Shown here one piece after another: positions 50,165 to 59,853 of a DNA stretch of 61,683 nt; within the stretch, counting starts at the first letter, position 1; every line of letters begins with the position of its first letter. The DNA lies in sequence record SRR20825006_861. One strand, 5' to 3'. The notes beneath the pieces were generated by a model. The model saw only the letters and a list, made by a program, of their open reading frames with translations, did no database searches and was not told the DNA's origin. A program made the position numbers and the translations under genes.

Positions 50165-51879
50165 CACTCGACCTCCTCTTTGGCTGCGTCTGCTTCGGAC
50201 TGAGAGTGTTGCGTTGCCGGTGCGGCGACCGTGCGAAAGCCCCGGCTCGAGAGGACGGCGCGCATCATCTCGAGCACATCGAAGTCGCTCGCGGCGAAGT
50301 GGTCCGAGATGGCCACCACGAGCTCGGGCTCTGGCCCCTCCGGGAGCTCCTGGCCGGTGGCGTATTGATAATACTTTCGCGTCAAGCACACCCCGAAGCG
50401 ATCGTGCTCTCGGATCGCCACGGCGAGCGATGAGAGATCCTCGAACTCGACGCCATCGAGCGTCCCGCTCGCGTCGATCTCGACGCCATTGTCTCTGCTC
50501 CGAAAGCGCCCGAGCCCGTCGAAGTGCTCGAGGCCCAACCCGATCGGGTCCATCTGGTTGTGGCATCCGGCGCAGGTCGGCTCCTCGAGGTGCTCCGCGA
50601 TACGCGCTCGCAGCGTCGGTGCTGTCCCAGAGGGTTCGGGGATGCTCGTGTCCACGCCCGCGGGTGGCGCCGGGATCGGTTGGCACAAGAGCTTCGTGCG
50701 CACGAACATCCCGCGCAACGTCGGTGATGTCGAGACAGGGTGCGCGTAGAGCGCGAGGATACTGGTCATCCCCAGCAAACCTTGCCTCGGCGTATCCGGT
50801 GGGTGTGTTGCCACGGCGAACCCTTCGCGCGAGGGCGCCCGGACATTGTAGATGCTGGCCATCTTGCGGTTAATAAAGGTCTCGCGCGTGGTCATGATGT
50901 CGCGCCAGTCCCCGCGCATGTCGAAGACGAGGTGTTCGATGGTGCGCAAGGTCTCCTCGCGCGCTGACGGCCCGACCTCTTCGCTGATGTGCTCGAACAG
51001 CTCGGGGGCCTTGGTCAACCCGTCGAGGCGTTCGAGCTGGTAGAGATCCGAGAAGAAGGCGCGGAGCCCGTGGCGCGCGCGCTCGTCTTCGAGCATGCGG
51101 TCGATTTGCGCTGTGAGTTCTTCGTCGTCGGTCAATTCGCCACGGCTCGCCGCATCCAGGAGCGCTCGATCAGGGGTCGTGTTCCAGAGCACGTAGCTCA
51201 ACTTCGAGGCCATCTCCCAGTCATCGAGCGCGCGGGGTTCTGTGCCGCTCTCCTCGAGCCCGACCTCGGCGCGGAACAGGAAGTTTGGCGACTGGAGCAT
51301 CGCCGCGAGCGCGAAGACGAGCCCTTGCTCGAAATCACCCAACGTGTTCGCGCTCGAAGTCGAGATGGCGATCAGGCGCTCGCGTTCAGTGGATGAGAGG
51401 GGTCTTCGCCAGATCCTCGGCCCGAGCAAGTCCACGAACTCCCCCGCGCACTCCTCGGTTTTGGCGGCGTCCGAGAGCGAGCCTGGCTCGCACGAGACAA
51501 ACGCGTCGCTGTGCTTCTCGAGGGTTTGCTCGGCGATATCGTAGGCGGCCTGCTCGTAGAGCTCTGCGCCGCGCGCGGAGATCGTCGTCTTTCCAGCGCC
51601 GAGCGCGATGAAGTCACCGGCGCGTATGTCTGGTTCGAGCCTCGATGGGACGACGATATCATCGCCCAGGATGTCATGGATGCTGTTGCTGTACTGCGCC
51701 TGGGTCAAGCGCATCAGGTTCGCGGGCGCGGGCTCGTGCTCGGCGGCGCTTATCGCCGCCTTCGTGTCGGGCGCCGCTGGTGGCTCGCTCTCTCGACACG
51801 CCGCGCTTCCCACCACACCGAGGAGGCAGAACGCGACCATGATTCTTGCGATCTTCCCCGCGGTGGCTGAACTCGGCAT
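50164..51879 (-). CDS. DUF1592/DUF1588/DUF1595/DUF1587/DUF1585 multidomain lipoprotein
   Basis: RLTQAQYSNSIHDILG, LQSPNFLFR, EMASKLSY.LWNTTPD, RQGLLG, TSPTLRG, CAGCH..MDPIGLGLEHFDGLGRFR and IDASG. Start uncertain (51891, 51879 or 51840). Confidence 0.9.
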   Translation of the reverse strand: MPSSATAGKIARIMVAFCLLGVVGSAACRESEPPAAPDTKAAISAAEHEPAPANLMRLTQAQYSNSIHDILGDDIVVPSRLEPDIRAGDFIALGAGKTTISARGAELYEQAAYDIAEQTLEKHSDAFVSCEPGSLSDAAKTEECAGEFVDLLGPRIWRRPLSSTERERLIAISTSSANTLGDFEQGLVFALAAMLQSPNFLFRAEVGLEESGTEPRALDDWEMASKLSYVLWNTTPDRALLDAASRGELTDDEELTAQIDRMLEDERARHGLRAFFSDLYQLERLDGLTKAPELFEHISEEVGPSAREETLRTIEHLVFDMRGDWRDIMTTRETFINRKMASIYNVRAPSREGFAVATHPPDTPRQGLLGMTSILALYAHPVSTSPTLRGMFVRTKLLCQPIPAPPAGVDTSIPEPSGTAPTLRARIAEHLEEPTCAGCHNQMDPIGLGLEHFDGLGRFRSRDNGVEIDASGTLDGVEFEDLSSLAVAIREHDRFGVCLTRKYYQYATGQELPEGPEPELVVAISDHFAASDFDVLEMMRAVLSSRGFRTVAAPATQHSQSEADAAKEEVE

Positions 51880-52067
51880 GGGCTCTCTCACCCGTTGTTT
51901 TCGAGAGGTCTGTAAAAGGCCCCTCGCCGTGGTGCTCGAAACTGCGACAGAACGTGAGATCTGTATAATACATCAGAAGATGCATCGCAAACATCGCCGA
52001 CGTCTAGCCTTGGCGCGTCGAGCGAGCCGAGCGCTCCAGAGAGGTGTGTTTTTGCAACCTGCGGTGG

Positions 52068-52153
52068 CCAGAAAGCCCCGCGCGGTTCTTTTTGCAAAGG
52101 TTTCCAATGACAAGCAGTCCGGGCATCAAAAAGAACCGCGCGGGGCTTTCTGG
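52068..52153. repeat. Perfect 27-bp inverted repeat with 32-nt loop between divergent genes
   Basis: ccagaaagccccgcgcggttctttttg (52068-52094) and its exact reverse complement (52127-52153). Confidence 0.9.
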
Positions 52154-52289
52154 GCGAGGCGTTTGTGAGGGCATGTGAGCAAGGTCTGTGTTTGCAACCG
52201 GGGGCGAATTCTTCTACATCAAAATCACCACGCGGTTGGCGCGTCGGCGCGGTCCGAGGAGAGGTTGTCAGGTGATCCCGAAACACAAC

Positions 52290-52898
52290 ATGACGAGCGC
52301 GAGCATCGTCCTGGCGAGCATCGTCCTGTTCGTGGCGGGATGTCATGGACAGAGCAACACCTCGCAAGAGTCGAAGGATTCGGCCGAGACCTCGACGGCC
52401 ACGAAACAAGACGCCAGGACGCGATGCGAGCGGCTCGAGACAAAGCTCGATGATGCCTCCCACGCGCTCGTGCCCGTCTTACAGGAGGTCTACCCGGAGG
52501 TTATCCGCGAGGTTGTCCCGATCGCGAAGGCCGAGGAGACCGTCCAGTTGTTTCGTTGGGAGGCCGAGGCGCGCCTGAAGAGGGTGGGGTTTGGCACGCA
52601 ACACGCGCAAAAGAAACAGGTCTTGTTGCAGGCGGCTGGATGCACCGGCGGCGAGCCACAGGCCGATGTCTGCGCGGTGTATCAGCAGCAGCTCCCCGGC
52701 CTGATGAACAATGATTATATGCGTGTGATGGGCGAGGCGCTCGGCGTGGCGCTCGCCAGGTCTGGTGAGCCCGAACCCGATGTGCTCGCCGAGCGCGCCG
52801 CGAAGCTCTTGCCTGTGCGCGGCGACGAGCGAATGACGAGCTACCTGGTGCCATACACGCGCGAGTTCGCCGAGATCCTGGGTTGCGAGTTTTTGTGA
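52290..52898 (+). CDS. Hypothetical lipoprotein
   Basis: MTSASIVLASIVLFVAGC lipobox; helical body. Alternative GTG start at 52272. Confidence 0.7.
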   Translation: MTSASIVLASIVLFVAGCHGQSNTSQESKDSAETSTATKQDARTRCERLETKLDDASHALVPVLQEVYPEVIREVVPIAKAEETVQLFRWEAEARLKRVGFGTQHAQKKQVLLQAAGCTGGEPQADVCAVYQQQLPGLMNNDYMRVMGEALGVALARSGEPEPDVLAERAAKLLPVRGDERMTSYLVPYTREFAEILGCEFL

Positions 52899-52909
52899 GC
52901 GCGGGGCGG

Positions 52910-53674
52910 TTATTCTTCGAGCATCGCCTCGAGTAGCTCGCGCATATCTCCGCCCATGATCAGGTCGCGCAGGCCGATCCAGTACCCCGAATCACTCTCG
53001 GTCCGCGCGAGCAATTGCGCGCAAAGGACGGCGCAGAACTCCTCCGGGCTCTCGACCTCTCGCCCGAGCAACCCCATCTTCTGGATCGCGCGCAGGCGCA
53101 AATCTTTTGCCCACTTGGTCTGCCTCGGGCTCCCGATGAGCTTTGGCTGAGGCAGTTGTTGGAGCGCGCGATCGAGGAAGTCTGCCAGGTAGTCCGCGCC
53201 AGCCTGTTGGCCGCGAGGATCTTCCATATGTTCCAGGGTTTTTAATGTGCCGAGCCAGCTCTTTCGCACGGCGCGAAGGCTCGAGCCTTCGCGCGCGGTG
53301 ACTTGTTGTGCGCCGGCGACCGCGCTGCGCAGGTCCCCGAAGGTGACCTGCGCGCTCGTCTTGTAGTGAAGCTCCACGGCATCGCGCGAGCCGAGCGAGA
53401 GCTCCTCGCCGTCGATGCGAAAGTAGCGGTCGCTCTGGCGATGGATATGGAGAGGATCGCTCAGGTGATAATCACCCGATCCGGGGAGGATCGCGCTGCG
53501 CATCCCGGGGATCTCGTGCGAGAGCTCGAGCGGCTCCTCGATCAACCCCTCCGCCGGGGACCACCCCTTGACCTGAAAGAGGCGCTGGTGCGACTGGAGC
53601 CGGACCTGAATTCGCGTCGCGTCATTGCGCTGGACGCGGTGGTGCGTGCTGGTGAACGTGATCTCGATTCCCAT
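52910..53674 (-). CDS. Hypothetical protein
   Basis: ORF fills the gap between the upstream lipoprotein gene and menB; contains FGDLRS and LIGSPRQTKWA...YWI segments. Confidence 0.6.
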   Translation of the reverse strand: MGIEITFTSTHHRVQRNDATRIQVRLQSHQRLFQVKGWSPAEGLIEEPLELSHEIPGMRSAILPGSGDYHLSDPLHIHRQSDRYFRIDGEELSLGSRDAVELHYKTSAQVTFGDLRSAVAGAQQVTAREGSSLRAVRKSWLGTLKTLEHMEDPRGQQAGADYLADFLDRALQQLPQPKLIGSPRQTKWAKDLRLRAIQKMGLLGREVESPEEFCAVLCAQLLARTESDSGYWIGLRDLIMGGDMRELLEAMLEE

Positions 53675-53778
53675 GAAGATTGACTCGAGTCGTGAGCATG
53701 AGTTAGGTGCGTTGCATCGAAGCGCTGGCGAAGAGGTGCTGGCGCCCATGCCAAACGACGACACTCTGGAGGATGAAG

Positions 53779-54672
53779 ATGGTCTCCGAAATTTTCAACC
53801 CACAGCTCTGGGACGAGGTCGAGGGGTTCGACTTCCAGGATATCACCTATCACCGGGCCAAGGATCAAGGAACCGTGCGCGTGGCGTTCAACCGCCCCGA
53901 GTGCCGCAACGCGTTTCGCCCCCAGACCGTGGACGAGCTCTTCACGGCGCTCGATCACGCGCGCATGTGGAGCGACGTCGGCTGCGTGCTGCTGACCGGC
54001 AACGGGCCCTCTCCAAAGGATGGCGGCTGGGCGTTTAGCTCGGGCGGCGATCAGAGGATCCGCGGCAAGGCGGGCTACGAGTACCAGGGCGCAGATGGCG
54101 CCGTCGATCGCGCCAAGCTCGGCAGGTTGCACATCCTCGAGGTGCAGCGGCTGATCCGCTTCATGCCAAAGGTCGTCATCGCGGTGGTGCCCGGTTGGGC
54201 AGTCGGTGGCGGTCACAGCCTGCACGTGGTCGCGGATATGACGCTCGCGAGCAAGGAGCACGCGGTCTTCAAGCAGACGGACGCGGACGTCGCGAGCTTT
54301 GACGCGGGTTATGGCTCGGCGTATCTGGCGCGACAGGTCGGTCAGAAGCGCGCACGCGAGATCTTCTTCCTCGGGCGCAATTACTCGGCGGATGAGGCCT
54401 TCCAGATGGGGATGGTCAACGCCGTGGTCGAGCACGAGCGCCTCGAAGAGGTCGCGCTCGAGTGGGCCGCCGATGTCAACGGCAAGAGCCCCACGGCGCA
54501 GCGCATGCTCAAGTTCGCCTTCAACCTGATCGACGATGGCCTGGTCGGGCAGCAGATCTTTGCTGGCGAGGCGACGCGTCTCGCATACGGCACCGATGAA
54601 GCCGCAGAAGGGCGGGACGCATTCCTCGAGAAGCGCCCACAGGATTACAGCAAGTTCCCCTGGTACTACTGA
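53779..54672 (+). CDS. menB: 1,4-dihydroxy-2-naphthoyl-CoA synthase
   Basis: FNRPECRNAFRPQTVDEL, AFSSGGDQ, RLHILEVQRLIR, WAVGGGHSLHV, SFDAGYGS and EGRDAFLEKR; GGAGG RBS. Confidence 0.95.
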   Translation: MVSEIFNPQLWDEVEGFDFQDITYHRAKDQGTVRVAFNRPECRNAFRPQTVDELFTALDHARMWSDVGCVLLTGNGPSPKDGGWAFSSGGDQRIRGKAGYEYQGADGAVDRAKLGRLHILEVQRLIRFMPKVVIAVVPGWAVGGGHSLHVVADMTLASKEHAVFKQTDADVASFDAGYGSAYLARQVGQKRAREIFFLGRNYSADEAFQMGMVNAVVEHERLEEVALEWAADVNGKSPTAQRMLKFAFNLIDDGLVGQQIFAGEATRLAYGTDEAAEGRDAFLEKRPQDYSKFPWYY

Positions 54673-54710
54673 TTTTGGCTGGAGCGTTGCTCCAAAAAGG
54701 AATGGTGTAC

Positions 54711-55109
54711 ATGCATCGTCACCTCGTCCACATCTATTATGAGGACACGGACCTCTCCGGCGTGGTCTACCACGCGAACTACCTCAAGTACTTCGAGCGC
54801 GCGCGCGAGCACATGCTCGGACGCGCCGAGCTCGTGCGCCTGCTCGATGAGGATGGCGTCGGTTTTGTCGTCTACAAGGCGTCGCTCTCGTTCCGCAAGG
54901 GCGCCAGGCTTGGCGACGAGCTCGAGATCCGCACCGTCGCTCGTCGAGAGAGCGACTGGCGCGCCATCTTCGAGCACAGCGTCTGGAAAGAGGGAGAGGC
55001 GCAGGCGTTGGTCGAGGGCGTGGTCGAGATGGTCTGCGTGGATCAAAACCAGAAGCTCGTCCCGCTCCCCGCGAGCGTCGACCTGAGCGCGTACAAGAAC
55101 CAGGGCTAG
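54711..55109 (+). CDS. YbgC/4HBT-family hotdog acyl-CoA thioesterase
   Basis: IYYEDTDLSGVVYHANYLKYFERAR motif. Alternative ATG at 54702. Confidence 0.88.
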   Translation: MHRHLVHIYYEDTDLSGVVYHANYLKYFERAREHMLGRAELVRLLDEDGVGFVVYKASLSFRKGARLGDELEIRTVARRESDWRAIFEHSVWKEGEAQALVEGVVEMVCVDQNQKLVPLPASVDLSAYKNQG

Positions 55110-55150
55110 CTCGCGCCATTTATTGAAATCATTGGAACATACACGTCCAG

Positions 55151-55194
55151 GGGGCGTCAGATGGCTCGACCATCTGACGCCCCTTGTTTCTTTT
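55151..55194 (+). terminator. Intrinsic terminator of the menB-thioesterase unit
   Basis: 14-bp stem ggggcgtcagatgg/ccatctgacgcccc followed by ttgtttctttt. Confidence 0.85.
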
Positions 55195-55648
55195 GGATGT
55201 GTCTCGCTCTCGAGGTCCATGAAAAGCATCGCTCTCGGTTTGATCTGTGGTGCCGGACGCGCGGTCATACAGCGAGAATTGGCGTGACTATCCCGGGGGG
55301 ATATGGCACTCTCGACGGGTCGAGCTCTCCAATACCACTGCCCGAGCGATCCACGATGACGGCTCGCGCTGTCGACAACCGATCGCGATCATCAGGTGTG
55401 CTCTTGATTTACCGGAGCATGAACTGGGGGCGTCTATTTGCGTGTGTCAGACGCTCATTATTACTGGGGCTTCTCGCAGAGCCCGGGACTTGGAGCAGAA
55501 CAAGAATAACCTCGCCCCGATTGATTCGGCGCGATTCACTATCTTCGAACGCGCGCGTATTTTTTCCTGCGCGACGAAACTCGAAGCGGTGAAGGGACGA
55601 TAATCGATCTGAAGACTGTTGACGCGAACCCTTGACGGGAATGGCGAC

Positions 55649-56395
55649 ATGCTCGGATCGATTCAGGTGTTAGACGTGGCTCAAAAGATCAGCGATTGGT
55701 GGGGAGAATTGCGTGCGGCCTTGGAAACTCCGGGTGTTGCCTCCTGGCAACACCTCTGCGAGTTGCTCGACCAGTGCCCATCGCCCAACGAGCGCGAACG
55801 CGCGATCAGCGGTTATTGCCTCGAGAAGCTGCGCTACTGGCCGGTCTCGATTCATCGCGAGCCAGCGGTGCGTTGGATCGATTCGCTCTATGAGGGCGAG
55901 CCCGATTCGGCCATCTCGCTTATCAACGCGCTCTCCATCGATGGCGCCATGCTCGGTGACGAGGGCGTTCATATGCTCCTCGAGAGCTCCTGGCTCGAAG
56001 GGCTGCGATTTCTCGACCTGCGCAACAACATGATCACGAGCATCGGGTTCGCGCGCATGGCCGAGGCTCCATTTTTTGCGGGCTTGCGCCAACTCGATAT
56101 GGAGAACAACCGCCTCGATGACGACGCGCTCCTCTTGCTCGCGAGTCACGAGGAGCTCCAGCTCCGCTCGCTCGATCTTCGCGGAAACAGGATCACGAGC
56201 CAGGGGGCAGCCGCGCTCGCTGACGCGCGCGGGCTCGCCATGCTCGAAGTGCTCGAGCTCGATCCTGACGCCATCCGCCCCGACGGGATGCTCTCGATCG
56301 CGGAGTCCGAACACCTCCCGTCTCCTGTCTGTGAGGTCTGGGGCGCGAGGCTCGAGCGCCTTTATCCCGAGTTCGAGAGGCCGGAGAGAGGTTGA
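55649..56395 (+). CDS. WGE.R...W domain + leucine-rich-repeat protein
   Basis: LRFLDLRNNMI, LRQLDMENNRL and LRSLDLRGNRITSQGAAALA. Start uncertain. Confidence 0.8.
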   Translation: MLGSIQVLDVAQKISDWWGELRAALETPGVASWQHLCELLDQCPSPNERERAISGYCLEKLRYWPVSIHREPAVRWIDSLYEGEPDSAISLINALSIDGAMLGDEGVHMLLESSWLEGLRFLDLRNNMITSIGFARMAEAPFFAGLRQLDMENNRLDDDALLLLASHEELQLRSLDLRGNRITSQGAAALADARGLAMLEVLELDPDAIRPDGMLSIAESEHLPSPVCEVWGARLERLYPEFERPERG

Positions 56396-56470
56396 ATCCG
56401 AGCGCGGGTTTTCTTATGCTCCCCAGGTTCACGACCTCCGCGCTTGTTTTCCTACCATCGAAGGTATCCC

Positions 56471-59400
56471 ATGCGTTTTGTCTCTCCTCTCTGGCGACGA
56501 AAGCGCCACTTGTTGTCGCTCATTGTGATGTGCTCACTCCTGGGGTGTTCCAAAGACCCTGAACCTCAAGAGGATATGGGCCAGGCCATGGAAGATATGG
56601 CTGATGGCCAGGACCAGAGTGATCCTGTGGATATGCCCGCAGATATGGTCACCCCACCCGAGGATATGGGCCCTGACGAGGATCAGAGCACGCTCGATAT
56701 GGCCGAGGAGGTCGACCTGTTTGTCGAGCCTAACCTCGATGATCTGACCGAGGAACAACGCGCCATCGCCGAGATTCCTCGCACCGAAGCCTGGGCGCTC
56801 GCGGGCCTCAAGGAGCCCGCGCATGTGGTCTTTACAGAGCACGGTCGCCCGCATGTTTACGCGACCAACCGCGAGGATCTTGGCTACGTGCTCGGATTCA
56901 TCGTCGCGCGTGACCGCTACTTCGTGATGGATCTCCAGCGTCGCCTGGCGCAAGGCACGATCAGCTCCTTGCTCGGTGATGCCGCGCTCCCCAACGATGT
57001 CGAAGCGCGCATGATCGGCATGGATCACGTCACCCAGCGCGTCCTCGATAACCTCTCTCCCGAGACCGAGGTTTACCTCGACGCGTATGTGCGCGGTATC
57101 AACGAGTACATCGAGCGCGTCAAATCGAAGGAGCTCCCTGGACCCTCCGAGCTCGAGACGTTCAAGCTCGTCCTCGGGTTGCGCAACGTCGCCGACGCCA
57201 TGGAACCATTCACGCGCCGTGATATCGCCGCCATGGTCGCCGTGATCATGTACGAGACCAACTTCTCATCGGGTGATATCGGCCGCACCTCGAGCCTCTT
57301 CCGCCTGGAGAGCCTCTACGGTGATGGAGACTTCGAGGTCGACCTCCGCCGAGCAGGCGCGCGCGAAGACATCTGGAAAGGCGGCCTCGCGCCGCTGTTC
57401 GATGTGGCCTCTGCGCCAGGGTTTGGAAGTGGCGCCAACGCGCTCAGAAGCAACCTCGGAAACCCGCAGCTCCCTGTCGGGGCGCTCGAGAAGCTCCCCG
57501 CCGGGATGCTCGACCGCGCGCGTCAGCGCCACGAACGCCTCGAGGAGCGCTTCGGTCGCAGCGAGGTCGATAACTTTGGCTCGAACACCTGGGCCGTGCA
57601 GGGCACAAAGACCATGGACGGTGTCGGGCTCGTCGCTGGCGATGGCCACCTGCCGCTGTCCGTGCCCGCGCTGATGTACCAGATCGGGATGGACACCACG
57701 ACCTTTGGCGAGGAAGAGCTTCGTCAGGCTGGCCTGCTCATCACGAGCCTCCCGGTGCTCGCGGTAGGAACCAACGGGAAGGTCGCCTGGAGTCAGGTCA
57801 ACCCGTTCGCAGATATCACCGATTGGTACCGCGAGGAGCTCACGCTCGACGCGGAAGGAAAGCCAGCATCCACCCTCTTCGAGGGCGAGAGCAAGCCGCT
57901 CTCACAGGTCGACGAGAGCTATGATATCGCCGAGGTGCGCGCTCTCGAGAGCGAGGAGCGCACCGAGGTCTGGCCTCGTTGGGTCACCTTCGATGGCCGC
58001 TGGTTGTTCGAGATCGAGGGCCGCGAGCTCGCCAGCCCCGACGACGCCGAGGAGGGCGAATATGTCGTCAACCTCGCCGGGCGCTACGTGGTCCCCGGTG
58101 ATACGGACAACGACGGCGTGATCACCGCGATCAGCTTCGATTACACCGCCTTCGACGCCACGCGCTACGTCGATGTCCTCGACAGCTTCACCTTCACCGG
58201 TGATGTCTACGAGTATCAGGAGGCCACCAAGGGGCTCATCGGCAACATGCTTTACTCGGCAGTGACCGATGATCAGGGCAACATCCTGTTTACCTCTTAT
58301 CAGGCCGTGCCTTGCAGAAACTACCTGCCGCGCGATGCGCAGAACGAGTGGATGCCCGGCGCGCACCCTCAGTTCCTCCTCGATGGAAAGACCTATGGCG
58401 GGTTCACCATCCCGAGCAGCGCGGATGGAAAGGTCGACGAGCAGCCCGGACAGGATGATCCCTACCGTTGCGTCGTCCCCTTCGATGAGACCCCTCAGGT
58501 CGTCAACCCTCCACAGGGCTTCGTGCTCAATGGAAACAACCAGCCCGCGCCGATCACCAACGACGCCTCGCTCTCCAATGACCCCTGGTATGTGGGCGGT
58601 CCCTGGCGCGCGGTGCGCGGTGATTCTATCCAGCAAGGGCTCGAGCGCGTGACCGCAGACAGTGCTGCATCCGTCGAGGATATGGCAGACATCCAAGCCG
58701 ACACGCGCTCTCGCACCGGCGAGATGTTCGCAGAGCACTTCGTCGCCGCGATCGAAAAGGCAAAGGACTTGACCGCGCCCGATGTGCTCCTCTCTGAAGA
58801 GGATCAACGCCTGTTGGATATCTACAACGCCAACGCAGATCGCTTCGACGAGGTCGCCGAGCGCTATCAGGCATGGATCGACGCGGACTTCCCGACACCC
58901 GCGGGCGTCGAGACCTTCTACGCGAGCCCCACCGAGCAAGATCGCGACATGGCCGTCTCCACGATGATCTTCAACGCGCACCTCCCCAAGGTGATGCGCG
59001 GCGTCTTTGACGACGAGGACCTCGTCTACGCCAACAGCAGCTCGGTCGTGAAAATGCGCGTGCTCAAGAGGATGCTCGATGGTCGCGGGGATAACTCGAC
59101 GAACCTCCAGAGCTACAACTCGAACACCGAGGAGTCGATCTTCTTCGATCGCCTGGGCACCGAGCCTGTCGAGCGAAGCGACGAGGTCATTCTCACCGCG
59201 TTGTCCGAAGCGCTCGATTTCCTCTCTGGCGAGCCTTCTGGCCCAGCTCAGGGTGGCTTTGGCACCGATGATATGAGCGCCTGGATCTGGGGATTGCGCC
59301 ACCAGGTTCGCTTCGAGTCATTGCTCGCTGACTTCCTCGAAGGCACTGACTTTGGCGACCTGCTCGATGCGTTCTCGATCACCACGGACACCTTGCCGTT

Positions 59401-59749
59401 GGCCGAGAACCTCTCCTCGGATGATCCTCGCGCCGAGCTCAAGTGGTTCCCGAGGCCCGGTGATAACTTCGCCGTCGACGCCGCGAACCCTGGCTTTAGC
59501 GGCGAGCGCTTCACGCACGGCAGCGGCCCGGTGATGCGCATGGTGATCGCGCTCAAGGATGGTGAGGTCTTCGGGCAAAACATCATCCCTGGCGGACAAT
59601 CTGGCCTCAATAACTCGCCATACTTTGCCGATCAGGCCGAGCTCTGGCTCGCCAATGAGACCGTGCCATTCCGCTACTATCCGGCTCAGGTCGCCGAGGG
59701 CGCCATCGGTCGCGCCTTCTTCGTGCCGCTCCCTCCCGAGAGCGAATGA
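56471..59749 (+). CDS. Penicillin-acylase-family Ntn hydrolase lipoprotein
   Basis: Lipobox LLGC; DM linker; HGRPHVYA, ARDRYFVMDLQRR; beta-chain start G|SNTWAV; GDGHL; NPPQGFVLNGNN; IPGGQSG...YFADQAELW. Confidence 0.9.
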   Translation: MRFVSPLWRRKRHLLSLIVMCSLLGCSKDPEPQEDMGQAMEDMADGQDQSDPVDMPADMVTPPEDMGPDEDQSTLDMAEEVDLFVEPNLDDLTEEQRAIAEIPRTEAWALAGLKEPAHVVFTEHGRPHVYATNREDLGYVLGFIVARDRYFVMDLQRRLAQGTISSLLGDAALPNDVEARMIGMDHVTQRVLDNLSPETEVYLDAYVRGINEYIERVKSKELPGPSELETFKLVLGLRNVADAMEPFTRRDIAAMVAVIMYETNFSSGDIGRTSSLFRLESLYGDGDFEVDLRRAGAREDIWKGGLAPLFDVASAPGFGSGANALRSNLGNPQLPVGALEKLPAGMLDRARQRHERLEERFGRSEVDNFGSNTWAVQGTKTMDGVGLVAGDGHLPLSVPALMYQIGMDTTTFGEEELRQAGLLITSLPVLAVGTNGKVAWSQVNPFADITDWYREELTLDAEGKPASTLFEGESKPLSQVDESYDIAEVRALESEERTEVWPRWVTFDGRWLFEIEGRELASPDDAEEGEYVVNLAGRYVVPGDTDNDGVITAISFDYTAFDATRYVDVLDSFTFTGDVYEYQEATKGLIGNMLYSAVTDDQGNILFTSYQAVPCRNYLPRDAQNEWMPGAHPQFLLDGKTYGGFTIPSSADGKVDEQPGQDDPYRCVVPFDETPQVVNPPQGFVLNGNNQPAPITNDASLSNDPWYVGGPWRAVRGDSIQQGLERVTADSAASVEDMADIQADTRSRTGEMFAEHFVAAIEKAKDLTAPDVLLSEEDQRLLDIYNANADRFDEVAERYQAWIDADFPTPAGVETFYASPTEQDRDMAVSTMIFNAHLPKVMRGVFDDEDLVYANSSSVVKMRVLKRMLDGRGDNSTNLQSYNSNTEESIFFDRLGTEPVERSDEVILTALSEALDFLSGEPSGPAQGGFGTDDMSAWIWGLRHQVRFESLLADFLEGTDFGDLLDAFSITTDTLPLAENLSSDDPRAELKWFPRPGDNFAVDAANPGFSGERFTHGSGPVMRMVIALKDGEVFGQNIIPGGQSGLNNSPYFADQAELWLANETVPFRYYPAQVAEGAIGRAFFVPLPPESE

Positions 59750-59853
59750 GCCTCTAAAATAGGGCATAACAGCGAGCAGCGCGCCTTTACGGCGCGCTGC
59801 TCGCGTCGAGTTTCCTGGACGCCCCACCTTCTGATGAACCAGGAAACTCGACC

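Noticed and set aside
50165..50686. N-terminal extension of the 616-aa ORF 48836..50686
   Set aside because: It overlaps the DUF1592 gene. The DUF1552 protein starts at about 50164 with its own RBS and twin-arginine signal.
51961..51976. ctgtataatacatcag as an E. coli-type LexA box
   Set aside because: One mismatch, the adjacent genes are not SOS-like, and this lineage is not expected to use the gammaproteobacterial box.
55161..55603. Short ORFs or an ncRNA in the ~450-bp gap after the menB terminator
   Set aside because: No RBS or motif support, and no recognisable RNA structure.
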